The notes beneath the pieces are model-generated. The model was not told the DNA's origin and did not search any database. It worked only from the letters and a program-made list of their open reading frames with translations. A stretch of DNA of 32,000 nucleotides, from the NCBI GenBank assembly GCA_016776505.1, contig JADHTG010000031.1, positions 1 through 32,000 on the forward strand. The letters run 5' to 3'. Below are positions 1-8,748 of the stretch, piece by piece; within the stretch, counting starts at the first letter, position 1; every line of letters begins with the position of its first letter. Position numbers and translations under genes: made by a program. The stretch comes from Bacteroidota bacterium. Lineage in GTDB: Bacteria > Bacteroidota > Bacteroidia > CAILMK01 > JAAYUY01.

Positions 1-315
1 AAGGCATTTAGAATCAGATATTTATACACCTATTCTCAATAATTGTTAATAATACTAGATTTGCGGTTTAACACAAAACAAGTTCAAATCTTATCATCTT
101 TTGACTGCAAATAATAAATCCCTATTATGACACAGTCTGATAGCTTTAGCGAAGCGCAGTAGGGCTGGGGCAAATGGAGTAATTTAAGTACTGGCTTCAG
201 TTTGATTCCAGCTAAGCAGACGGACGCCTTTGGCTGAAGTGAAGAAATTATTTTTCGATTGTTACCTTTGAGCTTCACTAAAATGAACGATAGAACCAGC
301 TTATCTGAATAAATT

Positions 316-648
316 ATGGATTTACAACAAACGAAAGAGGTCAAAAAACTTATTGAAAATGAAATAAGCAAAACCATACTGAAGATTGAAGAGTATAAGG
401 AACTAACTCAACCCATTTCTCCTGAGAATGCCATTGGGAGAATTTCAAGAATGGATGCCATCAATAATAAAAGTGTGGCAGAAGCCGCATTGAGAGAGGC
501 TCAAACTAAACTTCAGAGCCTACAATATATGTTGACAAAAACCGGCAATAAAGATTTTGGTCAATGTGCTAAATGCAATGGTCAAATTCCAATTGGCAGA
601 ATGATGATCATGCCTCAAAGCAGGTTTTGTGTAAATTGTGCTCAGTAA
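316..648 (+). CDS. DksA/TraR-type C4 zinc finger protein
   Basis: Small coiled-coil-like N-terminus followed by CAKCNGQIPIGRMMIMPQSRFCVNCAQ (CxxC...CxxC), typical of TraR/DksA zinc fingers. Confidence 0.8.
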   Translation: MDLQQTKEVKKLIENEISKTILKIEEYKELTQPISPENAIGRISRMDAINNKSVAEAALREAQTKLQSLQYMLTKTGNKDFGQCAKCNGQIPIGRMMIMPQSRFCVNCAQ

Positions 649-1204
649 TTCAATCAAATCTGTGAGAAGACTATTGATAATCCAATTTTGGGTCTGCCTG
701 ACATGTATTTCATTCGCTCAGACTGAATTGAAACCAAAAAGTCATTTTTTGGGGATTCAACCTATGATCACTGTGGAACCCTATGATGATCATTACAGTA
801 CAGTTGAAATAAATATTCTTCCTGTTGTGTATGAAGGAATTTTAACCAAAAGAATGGGCCTAAAAGTGTATCCTCTATTTAACTACCAGATTAATCCTGA
901 AATTAATAATTCCATTTCTCACACAGGAGCTGGTTTAAGTTTGCCGGTATATTTTAAAGAAAGAGAAGAGATACTTCCATACAGTGGTCTGTTTATGGGT
1001 CCGCATTTAGGTTATACTTATAACCAAACTGATATGAATAATTCATTAACTTACTCGGCTGACTTTGGCTGGAACTTCCTGTTGAAGGAAAAATTTGCCT
1101 TCATCATCGACATGCAATACGGACGAACCATTATTTATAACAAAACGGCAGGCATCAATGTGCCTCATCTTGGTGTTTTTGCCCAATTCGGAATTTGGCT
1201 TTAG
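638..1204 (+). CDS. Exported hypothetical protein, probable outer-membrane beta-barrel type
   Basis: ORF with a probable signal peptide (LLIIQFWVCLTCISFAQ) and alternating aromatic/hydrophobic strands; overlaps the upstream gene by a few bases. Confidence 0.5.
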   Translation: MLSNSIKSVRRLLIIQFWVCLTCISFAQTELKPKSHFLGIQPMITVEPYDDHYSTVEINILPVVYEGILTKRMGLKVYPLFNYQINPEINNSISHTGAGLSLPVYFKEREEILPYSGLFMGPHLGYTYNQTDMNNSLTYSADFGWNFLLKEKFAFIIDMQYGRTIIYNKTAGINVPHLGVFAQFGIWL

Positions 1205-1215
1205 CTATTACGCTT

Positions 1216-1800
1216 ATGAATATCAAATTATCAATGACCATTTTACTTTTATTAATCATTTGTAAAAGTTATGGGCAGCAAGATAGCAAAACGCAAAAGT
1301 TAATAAACTATAAACACCTGGGTGGATTTTCAGAAATTGGAATTCCCCTGTATGATTTACCTGAAGGGAACCGCTATGTGCCTTTGCTTTTCGGCCTTTC
1401 TTACAATTTACCATTATGGCAAACTAAAAAGAAATTCAATATTTCAACTGAAATAAAACCCCAGTTTGGATATCTACTGAGTACTCAAAAGAACATTGAA
1501 CTGGGTATCAATGTCATGTTCAATTTTAATTTTCTGGTCAGCAGAAATTCATATCTCAGCTATAAAATGAGTTCAGGTCCTCATTACATTAACATAGAAA
1601 CCGACAAGCAGGCAAAAGGATTTATTTTTTCCGATAATTTTCAATTGGGTTATTATCACCACCTCAAACTGTCTGAAAAGCATTATAGCCTGGGTGTGGT
1701 TGGTGGATTCCGGCATATTTCAAATGCCAGCATCAAACAACCTAACAATGGAATCGATAATTGGATGATAGGGATTAGTTTGGCTAAGCTGTTTAATTGA
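1216..1800 (+). CDS. Exported hypothetical protein, beta-barrel-like, similar in style to the upstream ORF
   Basis: ORF track 1195..1800; the more plausible start MNIKLSMTILLLLIICKSYGQ at 1216 gives a signal peptide. Confidence 0.5.
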   Translation: MNIKLSMTILLLLIICKSYGQQDSKTQKLINYKHLGGFSEIGIPLYDLPEGNRYVPLLFGLSYNLPLWQTKKKFNISTEIKPQFGYLLSTQKNIELGINVMFNFNFLVSRNSYLSYKMSSGPHYINIETDKQAKGFIFSDNFQLGYYHHLKLSEKHYSLGVVGGFRHISNASIKQPNNGIDNWMIGISLAKLFN

Positions 1801-1842
1801 ATAATTTTCATGTCATATGAGTTCTTTATAACTTCGGTTTCT

Positions 1843-1947
1843 GTCATTGCGATCCCGAATGCTATCGGGAGAAGCAATCTCCCATATTAGATGGGATTGC
1901 TTCAGTCTTAACTCCCTGCATTGCCAGCAGTCCGGCATTTCAATGAC
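1843..1947. repeat. Intergenic imperfect palindromic element of the GTCATTGCGA...GAAGCAATCTC...GATTGCTTC...CAATGAC type
   Basis: Outer arms GTCATTG/CAATGAC and inner arms GAAGCAATC/GATTGCTTC, in noncoding sequence. Confidence 0.6.
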
Positions 1948-1991
1948 GAGTATTTACTATGAAAAAAAACTAGTTGAAAGTACAATCAATT

Positions 1992-2019
1992 CCCCCTCTC
2001 TGATTTTTTTGAGAGGGGG
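1992..2019. repeat. Perfect 9-bp inverted repeat CCCCCTCTC-N10-GAGAGGGGG in the gap before idi
   Basis: Direct reading: CCCCCTCTC tgattttttt GAGAGGGGG. Confidence 0.7.
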
Positions 2020-2078
2020 CTAGGGGGTGAGTCAATTTCACCTTAAATTACACCTTCAATAAAACACATTATACATCC

Positions 2079-2600
2079 ATGCAAGAAGAAAAAGTGGTCC
2101 TTGTAAACGAGCAAGATGAAGAACTGGGATTCATGAACAAAATGGAAGCCCACGAAAAAGGAGTCCTCCACCGCGCTTTTTCTGTATTTATTTTCAATGA
2201 TAAAGGCGAAACCCTGCTTCAAAAAAGAGCATTAAGCAAATATCATTCACCCGGTTTATGGACCAATGCCTGTTGCAGTCACCCACAAAAAGGAGAAACA
2301 TATGAGGAGGCAGCACTCAGAAGAATGCCGGAAGAAATTGGTATCACAACAGCCATCACGGATGCATTCTGGTTTATTTACAAAGCCGATGTGGGACAGG
2401 GATTAACCGAACACGAGTTAGATCATGTGTTTACCGGACACTACAATGAAAACCCAAAATTAAATCCTGGGGAAGCCAGCGACTGGAAATGGATGCAAAC
2501 AGAAGCTGTTAAAAAAGACATCCACCTGCATCCAGAAATTTACACCGAGTGGTTTAAAATCATCTTCAACAAATATGACGAATACATCCAGTTTAAATAA
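2079..2600 (+). CDS. idi: Isopentenyl-diphosphate delta-isomerase type 1 (Nudix fold)
   Basis: Nudix-like protein with LWTNACCSHPQKGE and EHELDHVF motifs characteristic of type 1 IDI. Confidence 0.9.
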   Translation: MQEEKVVLVNEQDEELGFMNKMEAHEKGVLHRAFSVFIFNDKGETLLQKRALSKYHSPGLWTNACCSHPQKGETYEEAALRRMPEEIGITTAITDAFWFIYKADVGQGLTEHELDHVFTGHYNENPKLNPGEASDWKWMQTEAVKKDIHLHPEIYTEWFKIIFNKYDEYIQFK

Positions 2601-2692
2601 ATACATAAATCTTTCATCTGAAAGGGTAAAATCTATTTAGTTACTCCATTTTAATCCTTTAAATTTGATTATCATTTGATCTTTATTGTAGA

Positions 2693-3655
2693 ATGAAAAC
2701 AAGAGAAATTGCTATCGGAATTGATATGGGTGGAACAAACACTGTTTTTGGTTTTGTCAATAAACGGGGAAAATGTATTGCACAGGGAAGCATTCGAACA
2801 GAACAATATGAAGAATTAAATGATTTCTTAAAAGCGTTATGGGAAAGAATTGAGGAAGTCAGACTTGAAATCAAGCAAAATATTCATATTAAAGGTATTG
2901 GAATTGGTGCACCCAATGGAAATTTTTACAATGGCACCATAGAGTTTGCACCCAACTTAAACTGGAAGGGAATTATTCCATTTGCAAAAGAATTCAAAAA
3001 GCTCAGCAAACTTCCGGTGGTATTAACTAATGATGCCAATGCAGCCGCTTTGGGAGAAATGATGTATGGTGGTGCTAAACGGATGAAGGATTTTATTCTG
3101 ATCACCTTAGGTACAGGCCTGGGAAGTGGTATCGTTGTCAATGGCAATGTGCTGTATGGTCACGATGGTTTTGCAGGTGAAATCGGCCATGTAATTGTTG
3201 TCCCAAATGGAAGAAAATGTGGGTGTGGACGAAAAGGCTGCCTGGAAACCTACGCCTCCGCAACTGGAATCAAGCGGACAGCTTTAAATTTACTATCCGA
3301 AAGCGATGAAGAATCTATGCTCAGCGGACATACTATCAGAAGCCTTTCCGCTAAAATGATTGATGCAGCTGCCATTAAAGGAGATAAAGTGGCCATGGAT
3401 TCTTTTGAATATACTGGCAAGATATTAGGAGAAGCCCTGGCAAATTCTATTGCTTATACCAGTCCAAAAGCTATTTTTCTTTTTGGTGGATTAGCCCAGG
3501 CAGGAAAACTAATTTTTAAGCCAACCAAAAAATACATGGAACGATCTCTTTTGCATGTTTATAAGAAAAAAGTCAAACTCCTGCCATCTTCTCTTGAAGG
3601 AGCACATGCTGCTGTATTGGGTGCCAGTGCTTTGGTGTGGAAAGAGATTTCATAA
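2693..3655 (+). CDS. ROK-family glucokinase/sugar kinase
   Basis: GIDMGGTNTVFG ATP-binding motif, TLGTGLGSGIV, and the ROK zinc motif CGCGRKGCLETYAS. Confidence 0.9.
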   Translation: MKTREIAIGIDMGGTNTVFGFVNKRGKCIAQGSIRTEQYEELNDFLKALWERIEEVRLEIKQNIHIKGIGIGAPNGNFYNGTIEFAPNLNWKGIIPFAKEFKKLSKLPVVLTNDANAAALGEMMYGGAKRMKDFILITLGTGLGSGIVVNGNVLYGHDGFAGEIGHVIVVPNGRKCGCGRKGCLETYASATGIKRTALNLLSESDEESMLSGHTIRSLSAKMIDAAAIKGDKVAMDSFEYTGKILGEALANSIAYTSPKAIFLFGGLAQAGKLIFKPTKKYMERSLLHVYKKKVKLLPSSLEGAHAAVLGASALVWKEIS

Positions 3656-3748
3656 TTGATGAGCTGGCAATTGGGATACCTGAAATCCAGAAGTTTCTAT
3701 TGCATCCCATAATAAATACATGTAAATTCGTATTAAACAAATCGGCGA

Positions 3749-5659
3749 ATGAAAAAACGGATAATTACTCTTTTCATGTTTGTCATCCTGGGATGTCAAA
3801 TCTGTCATTCCCAAATATTAAATCCCCAGGTAGATTCTATCCCCATGCGGGATGGAAAAGTACTGGCAGCAGACATTTATTTACCGGATACCGGGCAAAC
3901 CTATCCTGTTATTCTGATACAGACACCTTATAACCGTTTATATTACAGGCTGGGACTTCCTCTTCAAATCGGATGGGATATAATAAACAGTCCTTATGCT
4001 ATTGTAATTGTGGACTGGCGTTGTTTTTATGGCTCAGTTGCTGCCTGTAAAATATTACCGGAAAGAGGCAAGGACGGATACGATGTGATCGACTGGATTT
4101 CCAAACAAGCCTGGTGCAATGGCAAAGTGGGAACCTGGGGTCCATCCGCATTAGGGAAAATACAATACCTGACCGCCAAAGAACAGCACCCAAATCATAT
4201 ATGTGCCGTTCCTGTAGTCGCGGGATCACAGTTTGAATACCAGGAGTATTTCCCGAATGGTGTTTTACGCACTGAATATGTGGATCAACTGGATGCTTTG
4301 GGTTACCACATGAAAAATACGCTTCTGCAGCATCCTTATTACGATGCCTGGTGGCAGTATGTGGAAGCAGCAAATATGTATCCTGAGAAAATTAAAATCC
4401 CCATGCTTTTGATTGGTGGCTGGTTCGATCACAATATCAACCTGATGTTTGATCTGTTTGATACATTAGTGAAAGCCTCTGATCCTGGGGTTCGTGACCT
4501 GCATAAATTCCTGGTAGGCCCCTGGTCACATAATTCTGTGGGCAAAAAAGAAGTTGGTGAACTCGAATTCACCGAAGCTGAAGGAGCCAGTGACAGCTTC
4601 GCCATGATGTTTTTTGATTATTGGTTGAGAGGTGCTAAGAATGGCTGGCCGATAAATGAGAAGTTTAGTTTTTATGGCATTTCAGGAAATAAATCATTTT
4701 TGCAAACTGATAACATTAAAGAATTTAAAAATGATAATCACCACGATACTGTAAGTCTTTATTTAAGTGTCAACAATCACCTTGCAAGTCATCCATCCGG
4801 GAATGATTCTATTTTAATAACATATGATCCTAAAAATCCATCTCCTACAATGGGTGGTGCAACACTAAGAGCGGACTTAAAGCAAGGTCCCTGGAATATA
4901 TCTGATCATGTTCTAAGTAGGAATGACTTTGCCACATTCACTGATGGCTCAGGATTTCCCAAATTGCTGGAAATTTTGGGGAAACCCAAAGTGGATTTAT
5001 TTGTGTCTTCAGATCGATTAGATACCGATTTTTCGGTTAGATTATGTTTATCAAATGGATATCAATCTAATTATAAACGCTATATAATCGCAGATGGAAT
5101 CTATCGAATGCGGTTCAGAGATGGGTTCACTGTATCTGATACACAATCAATGGAGATTGGTAAAATTTACAAGATAACACTCGAATTACCCTTTAGTTTT
5201 TACTCTAACCATTATGAGGATGCCGACTACCTGAGCTTAGTGGTTACCTCATCAAATTATCCCAGATATGATGCGAACCTGAACAATGGAAAAGAATTAT
5301 ATGCCTCAGGTGATACTTTAGTCGCACATAACTATCTCTATTTTGGAGAAAAATATCCATCTCGATTATACTTTGATGGATACCATTTTTTAGGAGGAAT
5401 TGAAGAATCAAACTCAAAGTCACTAATTAAAACCTATCCCATCCCAACCCAAAACACCCTTTATATTGATCCTCAAAAGTTGCAACCTCCTTTCCACTTT
5501 TCCATTCAGAATTTACAAGGCAAAGAAATAGTGAAAGGAGAAATCAAAAATACAGGAGTTTTTAATTTGGATGTATCTGGTTTGGAAGCACAGGTGTATT
5601 TATTGAGAGTTAGTAATTCGAATCAAAGCAGTGTTGCAAAAATTATCAAAGTGGATTAG
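3749..5659 (+). CDS. CocE/NonD (X-Pro dipeptidyl-peptidase S15-like) hydrolase with a C-terminal T9SS sorting domain
   Basis: Signal peptide; MRDGKVLAADIYLPD...PVILIQTPYNR; GTWGPSALGKIQYLTA; WSHNS; C-terminal SLIKTYPIPTQNTLYIDPQ...VYLLRVSNSNQSSVAKIIKVD resembles a type A T9SS domain. Confidence 0.85.
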   Translation: MKKRIITLFMFVILGCQICHSQILNPQVDSIPMRDGKVLAADIYLPDTGQTYPVILIQTPYNRLYYRLGLPLQIGWDIINSPYAIVIVDWRCFYGSVAACKILPERGKDGYDVIDWISKQAWCNGKVGTWGPSALGKIQYLTAKEQHPNHICAVPVVAGSQFEYQEYFPNGVLRTEYVDQLDALGYHMKNTLLQHPYYDAWWQYVEAANMYPEKIKIPMLLIGGWFDHNINLMFDLFDTLVKASDPGVRDLHKFLVGPWSHNSVGKKEVGELEFTEAEGASDSFAMMFFDYWLRGAKNGWPINEKFSFYGISGNKSFLQTDNIKEFKNDNHHDTVSLYLSVNNHLASHPSGNDSILITYDPKNPSPTMGGATLRADLKQGPWNISDHVLSRNDFATFTDGSGFPKLLEILGKPKVDLFVSSDRLDTDFSVRLCLSNGYQSNYKRYIIADGIYRMRFRDGFTVSDTQSMEIGKIYKITLELPFSFYSNHYEDADYLSLVVTSSNYPRYDANLNNGKELYASGDTLVAHNYLYFGEKYPSRLYFDGYHFLGGIEESNSKSLIKTYPIPTQNTLYIDPQKLQPPFHFSIQNLQGKEIVKGEIKNTGVFNLDVSGLEAQVYLLRVSNSNQSSVAKIIKVD

Positions 5660-5810
5660 TTTTGGCATGTTTGGCTCAATTATTTGAGCAATTCACTTCT
5701 AAGTATTCCTTTTTTTATGTAATGCATACTTTCCAGTTTGCAGGAGCATGATGAAAAGTGACAAGCTGGAAAGCTTGTCTTACAGTGTATTGAAAACTTC
5801 TGTTTTTTAC

Positions 5811-5902
5811 ATGTAGGACCGAATTGCATTCGGTCATTTTTTTTAACCATTCCTGTTTAGTCCGATTACCAGCCTGGCTTCTTGCAAGGAAATCGGACCT
5901 AG
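5811..5902. repeat. Intergenic repeat element, copy 1 (ATGTAGGACCGAATTGCATTCGGTC ... AAATCGGACCTAG)
   Basis: Shares its left end with sequence at 7032 and 9161 and its right end with the sequence near 7102-7112. Confidence 0.7.
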
Positions 5903-6000
5903 GTGCATAAACTGATGACAATGAAAACATAATTGATAGTTTATAAACGCATTACAAATGCGCGCGAACACAATCTCCATTTCCTCCCTATTTTTGCCCC

Positions 6001-7032
6001 ATGATTAAAATCCTTTTCCTATCCGACACCCACCTGGGATTTGATTATCCCATCAGAACCACCAAACGCACACGCAGGGGACAGGACTTTTTTGACAATT
6101 TCGAATACATACTGAATTATGCTGTCGGAAATGCAGTAGACTTAATTTTGCATGGCGGTGATTTCTTTTTCCGGACCCGTCTCCCGGAACTGATTGTCAA
6201 TAAATCCTATAAAATCCTCTATGAATTTGCCAAACACAATATTCCATTCGTCATTGTTCCCGGTAATCACGAAAGTTCCCGCTTGCCAAGGTCTCCGCTT
6301 ATTTTTCAACCCTATATTCATATTTTCAAAGAACCTCACACATTCACTTTTGACATAAAGGGAAAGAAAATCAATATATCCGGTTTTCCTTATGAGAGTA
6401 AGAATGTGAGGGATCAGTTCCCTGAAATTATAAAACAAATCCAGGATAAAGAAAAGCAAGCCGATATTAATCTGCTTATGACACATCATGCAGTAGAGGG
6501 TTGCACCTGCGGACCCGGAAATTATACTTTTCGAAAAAATGAAGATGTCGTCCAGATGAAAGACATTCCCATGTATTATGATGCCATTTTATGCGGACAT
6601 ATTCACCGTCAGCAAATCCTCTGGAAACGGCATCAGGATAAAAAATCTCCTATCATCTATGTAGGATCCGTTGAAAGAACCTCCTTTGCGGAAAAAGAAG
6701 AAACAAAAGGCTTCTATGTTCTTGAATTTGACAAAGACCACCAAAACAGGCAATTCATTCCCCTGAAAACCCGCGCTATGGTTGACATCACAATTAACAG
6801 GTCTTTTCCTTCCATTCAGGAATTAAAAACCTACCTGATTAAACGAAGTAGAGGATTTGATACAAATTCAATAGTTCGACTGAAATGTCCCGATGAGCAA
6901 AACCGGAATTTGATCAATCAAAGCTTATTAAAGGATGTATTCCATTCAGATATGATCATCCAGCTTTCAGGCTGGCAACAGGAATTCAAAGCCAGGACAA
7001 AGAAAGAAAGAATCCCCGGCTTGTTTGATTAA
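6001..7032 (+). CDS. SbcD/Mre11-like calcineurin-family metallophosphoesterase
   Basis: FLSDTHLG, GGDFFF, PGNHES, MTHHAVEG, LCGHIHR: metallophosphoesterase motifs in SbcD-like order. Confidence 0.8.
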   Translation: MIKILFLSDTHLGFDYPIRTTKRTRRGQDFFDNFEYILNYAVGNAVDLILHGGDFFFRTRLPELIVNKSYKILYEFAKHNIPFVIVPGNHESSRLPRSPLIFQPYIHIFKEPHTFTFDIKGKKINISGFPYESKNVRDQFPEIIKQIQDKEKQADINLLMTHHAVEGCTCGPGNYTFRKNEDVVQMKDIPMYYDAILCGHIHRQQILWKRHQDKKSPIIYVGSVERTSFAEKEETKGFYVLEFDKDHQNRQFIPLKTRAMVDITINRSFPSIQELKTYLIKRSRGFDTNSIVRLKCPDEQNRNLINQSLLKDVFHSDMIIQLSGWQQEFKARTKKERIPGLFD

Positions 7033-7116
7033 TGTAGGGCCGAATTCCGTTCGGCTCAAAAAACAGGACTAGTTCGATTACCCGCCAGACTTCGGGCAGG
7101 CAAATCGGACCTACAT
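7032..7116. repeat. Intergenic palindromic repeat element, copy 2, with terminal inverted repeats
   Basis: ATGTAGGGCCGAATT ... AAATCGGACCTACAT; the right end reverse-complements to ATGTAGGTCCGATTT (13/15 identical to the left end). Confidence 0.75.
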
Positions 7117-7299
7117 CAATTAACAATTCAACTGCTACTTGAACTTTTGAAATTTATTATTTCAGTTTTGGAATTTATTTGAAATTTGGTTCTTGTCCGA
7201 AGGACTCCTACCGAGGATCTTGGAATTTTTTGGATCAAACCATCCTTAGTTCCCAGGCTTATGCCATCGCTACAGACTAAGAATTGATCTGATGTAGTA

Positions 7300-7596
7300 T
7301 TAACAACAAGCTCCCGAATCCGGTCCGCCACAACAGGCTTCTGTATTGTTCAGCATACCACTTAAAATACCCGCAGCGCAACCCACACCCGACCTGACTT
7401 CTATGGCATCCTCGGGACAATTCAGGGCACAGGCACCACATTCCATGCAGTAATCCTTTCTGATAATTTTAGCCCTTCCTTTGCTGACTTCAAACACTTC
7501 ATGCGGACACACCTTCACACACATACGGCAACCATTGCATTTGTCTGCATCCAACTGAAGCGTGACAACATTTTTTAGATAAATCATTTCTCTCAT
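7300..7596 (-). CDS. hgcB: HgcB, 2[4Fe-4S] ferredoxin-like protein of mercury methylation
   Basis: CNGCRMCVKVCP and CMECGACALNCP cluster motifs, VRSGVGCAAGILSG segment, C-terminal ACCGGPDSGACC, immediately downstream of hgcA. Confidence 0.93.
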   Translation of the reverse strand: MREMIYLKNVVTLQLDADKCNGCRMCVKVCPHEVFEVSKGRAKIIRKDYCMECGACALNCPEDAIEVRSGVGCAAGILSGMLNNTEACCGGPDSGACC

Positions 7597-7602
7597 AACC
7601 TT

Positions 7603-8730
7603 CTAATTTATGAATTTCACTACAACAAAAAGAACCAGTCCAACACTGGTCAGAGAAATCTGAAAGGGGATCGCAATTTTCATTTCTATTTTTACTCCTG
7701 ACAAAGAGGTAAAGGTGGACGAACCTGTAAAATTCATAGCTGTGAAAGATGAAATTCCTGAAATAATTAATGACCAGGAAATCATTTCCAAATAGGTGTT
7801 CCCCAATTTATTGAAAAGAAGCAGCAAAGCAGAAGTGATGATGCCCATTAAAAATCCTTTTAAGGAAAAACTCCTGCCAGGGATGAAAGGAAGAAATATA
7901 GGTGTTAAAACAAGTCCTGAAACATATCCTGAGCCGATTATTAATATGGATAACAATCCTTTATCTATTGCATCGTGTAATGAAAACTCACCTTTATTAA
8001 TAGCCGAAAGGATAAAAAAGACAGCCATCACTGCAAGCAATTTGTATGAACCCATCACTAAATCCACAGGAATTAATTTGAGGCGGTCAACCAGATTGAA
8101 GCTTACTTTTCGCATTTCTTTCGTTGAGTGATGCTTCTTCCTGACAAATTCTTTGATATCTGATGCCTTAACCGGACCGTAAATCACTTTAAAACCAGGT
8201 TCAGGGTTCAAAGAAACAGGATCTGGAACAAAAGCAGCTGTGTTAGACAATGAAGGATTTGATAATATGGATTGTGCTGCTGCATTTGCAGTCAACTGTT
8301 CTACTTTGTGTGCAGAGATCCCGGTTGCTCCTAATTGAGGAACAATGATCTTCCTGTGATTAATAATCTCGCTTAGCCTGCTTAAACGAATCCTGTTGAC
8401 CAGTTCCGTGGTGCTGAATGTTCCTTTTCCTGCTGCACACCAGACGTTGATCCCCCTGGTATCTAAAACGAGTATCCAGGCATTCAATTCATCGAGATTT
8501 TTTCGAAGATGATCAAAAGATAGTTTATAATTCGCTGTAACAAATACATCTGAAGCTCCATCCGGATTCCCAACCGCATAAAGGCCGGGATTCACTTTGT
8601 AACTATTCCTGTAAAAAGCCAAACGAACCATCAAGGCACCGAACCGGTCTTTGAAATTCAATTTTGAATCTGCAACTGGAACTTCTCCGATAGAAGTTGG
8701 CAAATAAGCTGTGATATAAAATAACTTCAT
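7603..8730 (-). CDS. hgcA: HgcA, corrinoid iron-sulfur-type membrane protein of mercury methylation
   Basis: DTRGINVWCAAGKGTFSTTELV contains the diagnostic N(V/I)WCA(A/G)GK cap-helix motif; VPQLGATGISAH; hydrophobic multi-TM C-terminus with MNFTGSSTFTSLSGVKIEM; followed by hgcB. Confidence 0.95.
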   Translation of the reverse strand: MKLFYITAYLPTSIGEVPVADSKLNFKDRFGALMVRLAFYRNSYKVNPGLYAVGNPDGASDVFVTANYKLSFDHLRKNLDELNAWILVLDTRGINVWCAAGKGTFSTTELVNRIRLSRLSEIINHRKIIVPQLGATGISAHKVEQLTANAAAQSILSNPSLSNTAAFVPDPVSLNPEPGFKVIYGPVKASDIKEFVRKKHHSTKEMRKVSFNLVDRLKLIPVDLVMGSYKLLAVMAVFFILSAINKGEFSLHDAIDKGLLSILIIGSGYVSGLVLTPIFLPFIPGRSFSLKGFLMGIITSALLLLFNKLGNTYLEMISWSLIISGISSFTAMNFTGSSTFTSLSGVKIEMKIAIPFQISLTSVGLVLFVVVKFIN

Positions 8731-8748
8731 CTGATGAAAATTTAAGAT

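Noticed and set aside
84-377. Minus-strand 97-aa ORF
   Set aside because: Lies mostly in noncoding sequence and overlaps the start of the DksA/TraR-like gene; no recognisable motif.
3999-4373. Antisense ORFs inside confident genes (for example 3999-4373, 6142-6489, 12812-13087, 14278-14793, 14986-15363, 31008-31316)
   Set aside because: Each is contained in a strongly supported gene on the opposite strand and shows no family motif.
7128-7331. Minus-strand 67-aa ORF overlapping the hgcB 3' end
   Set aside because: Lies inside the intergenic repeat region with low-complexity ends (KSSSSS) and overlaps hgcB; most likely chance.
7300-7596. Generic 4Fe-4S ferredoxin annotation for this gene
   Set aside because: The ECGAC motif, GVGCAAGIL segment, terminal Cys pairs and adjacency to hgcA support HgcB specifically.
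7796-8131. Plus-strand ORF (111 aa) inside hgcA
   Set aside because: Antisense to the hgcA membrane domain; its composition reflects the complement of TM codons.
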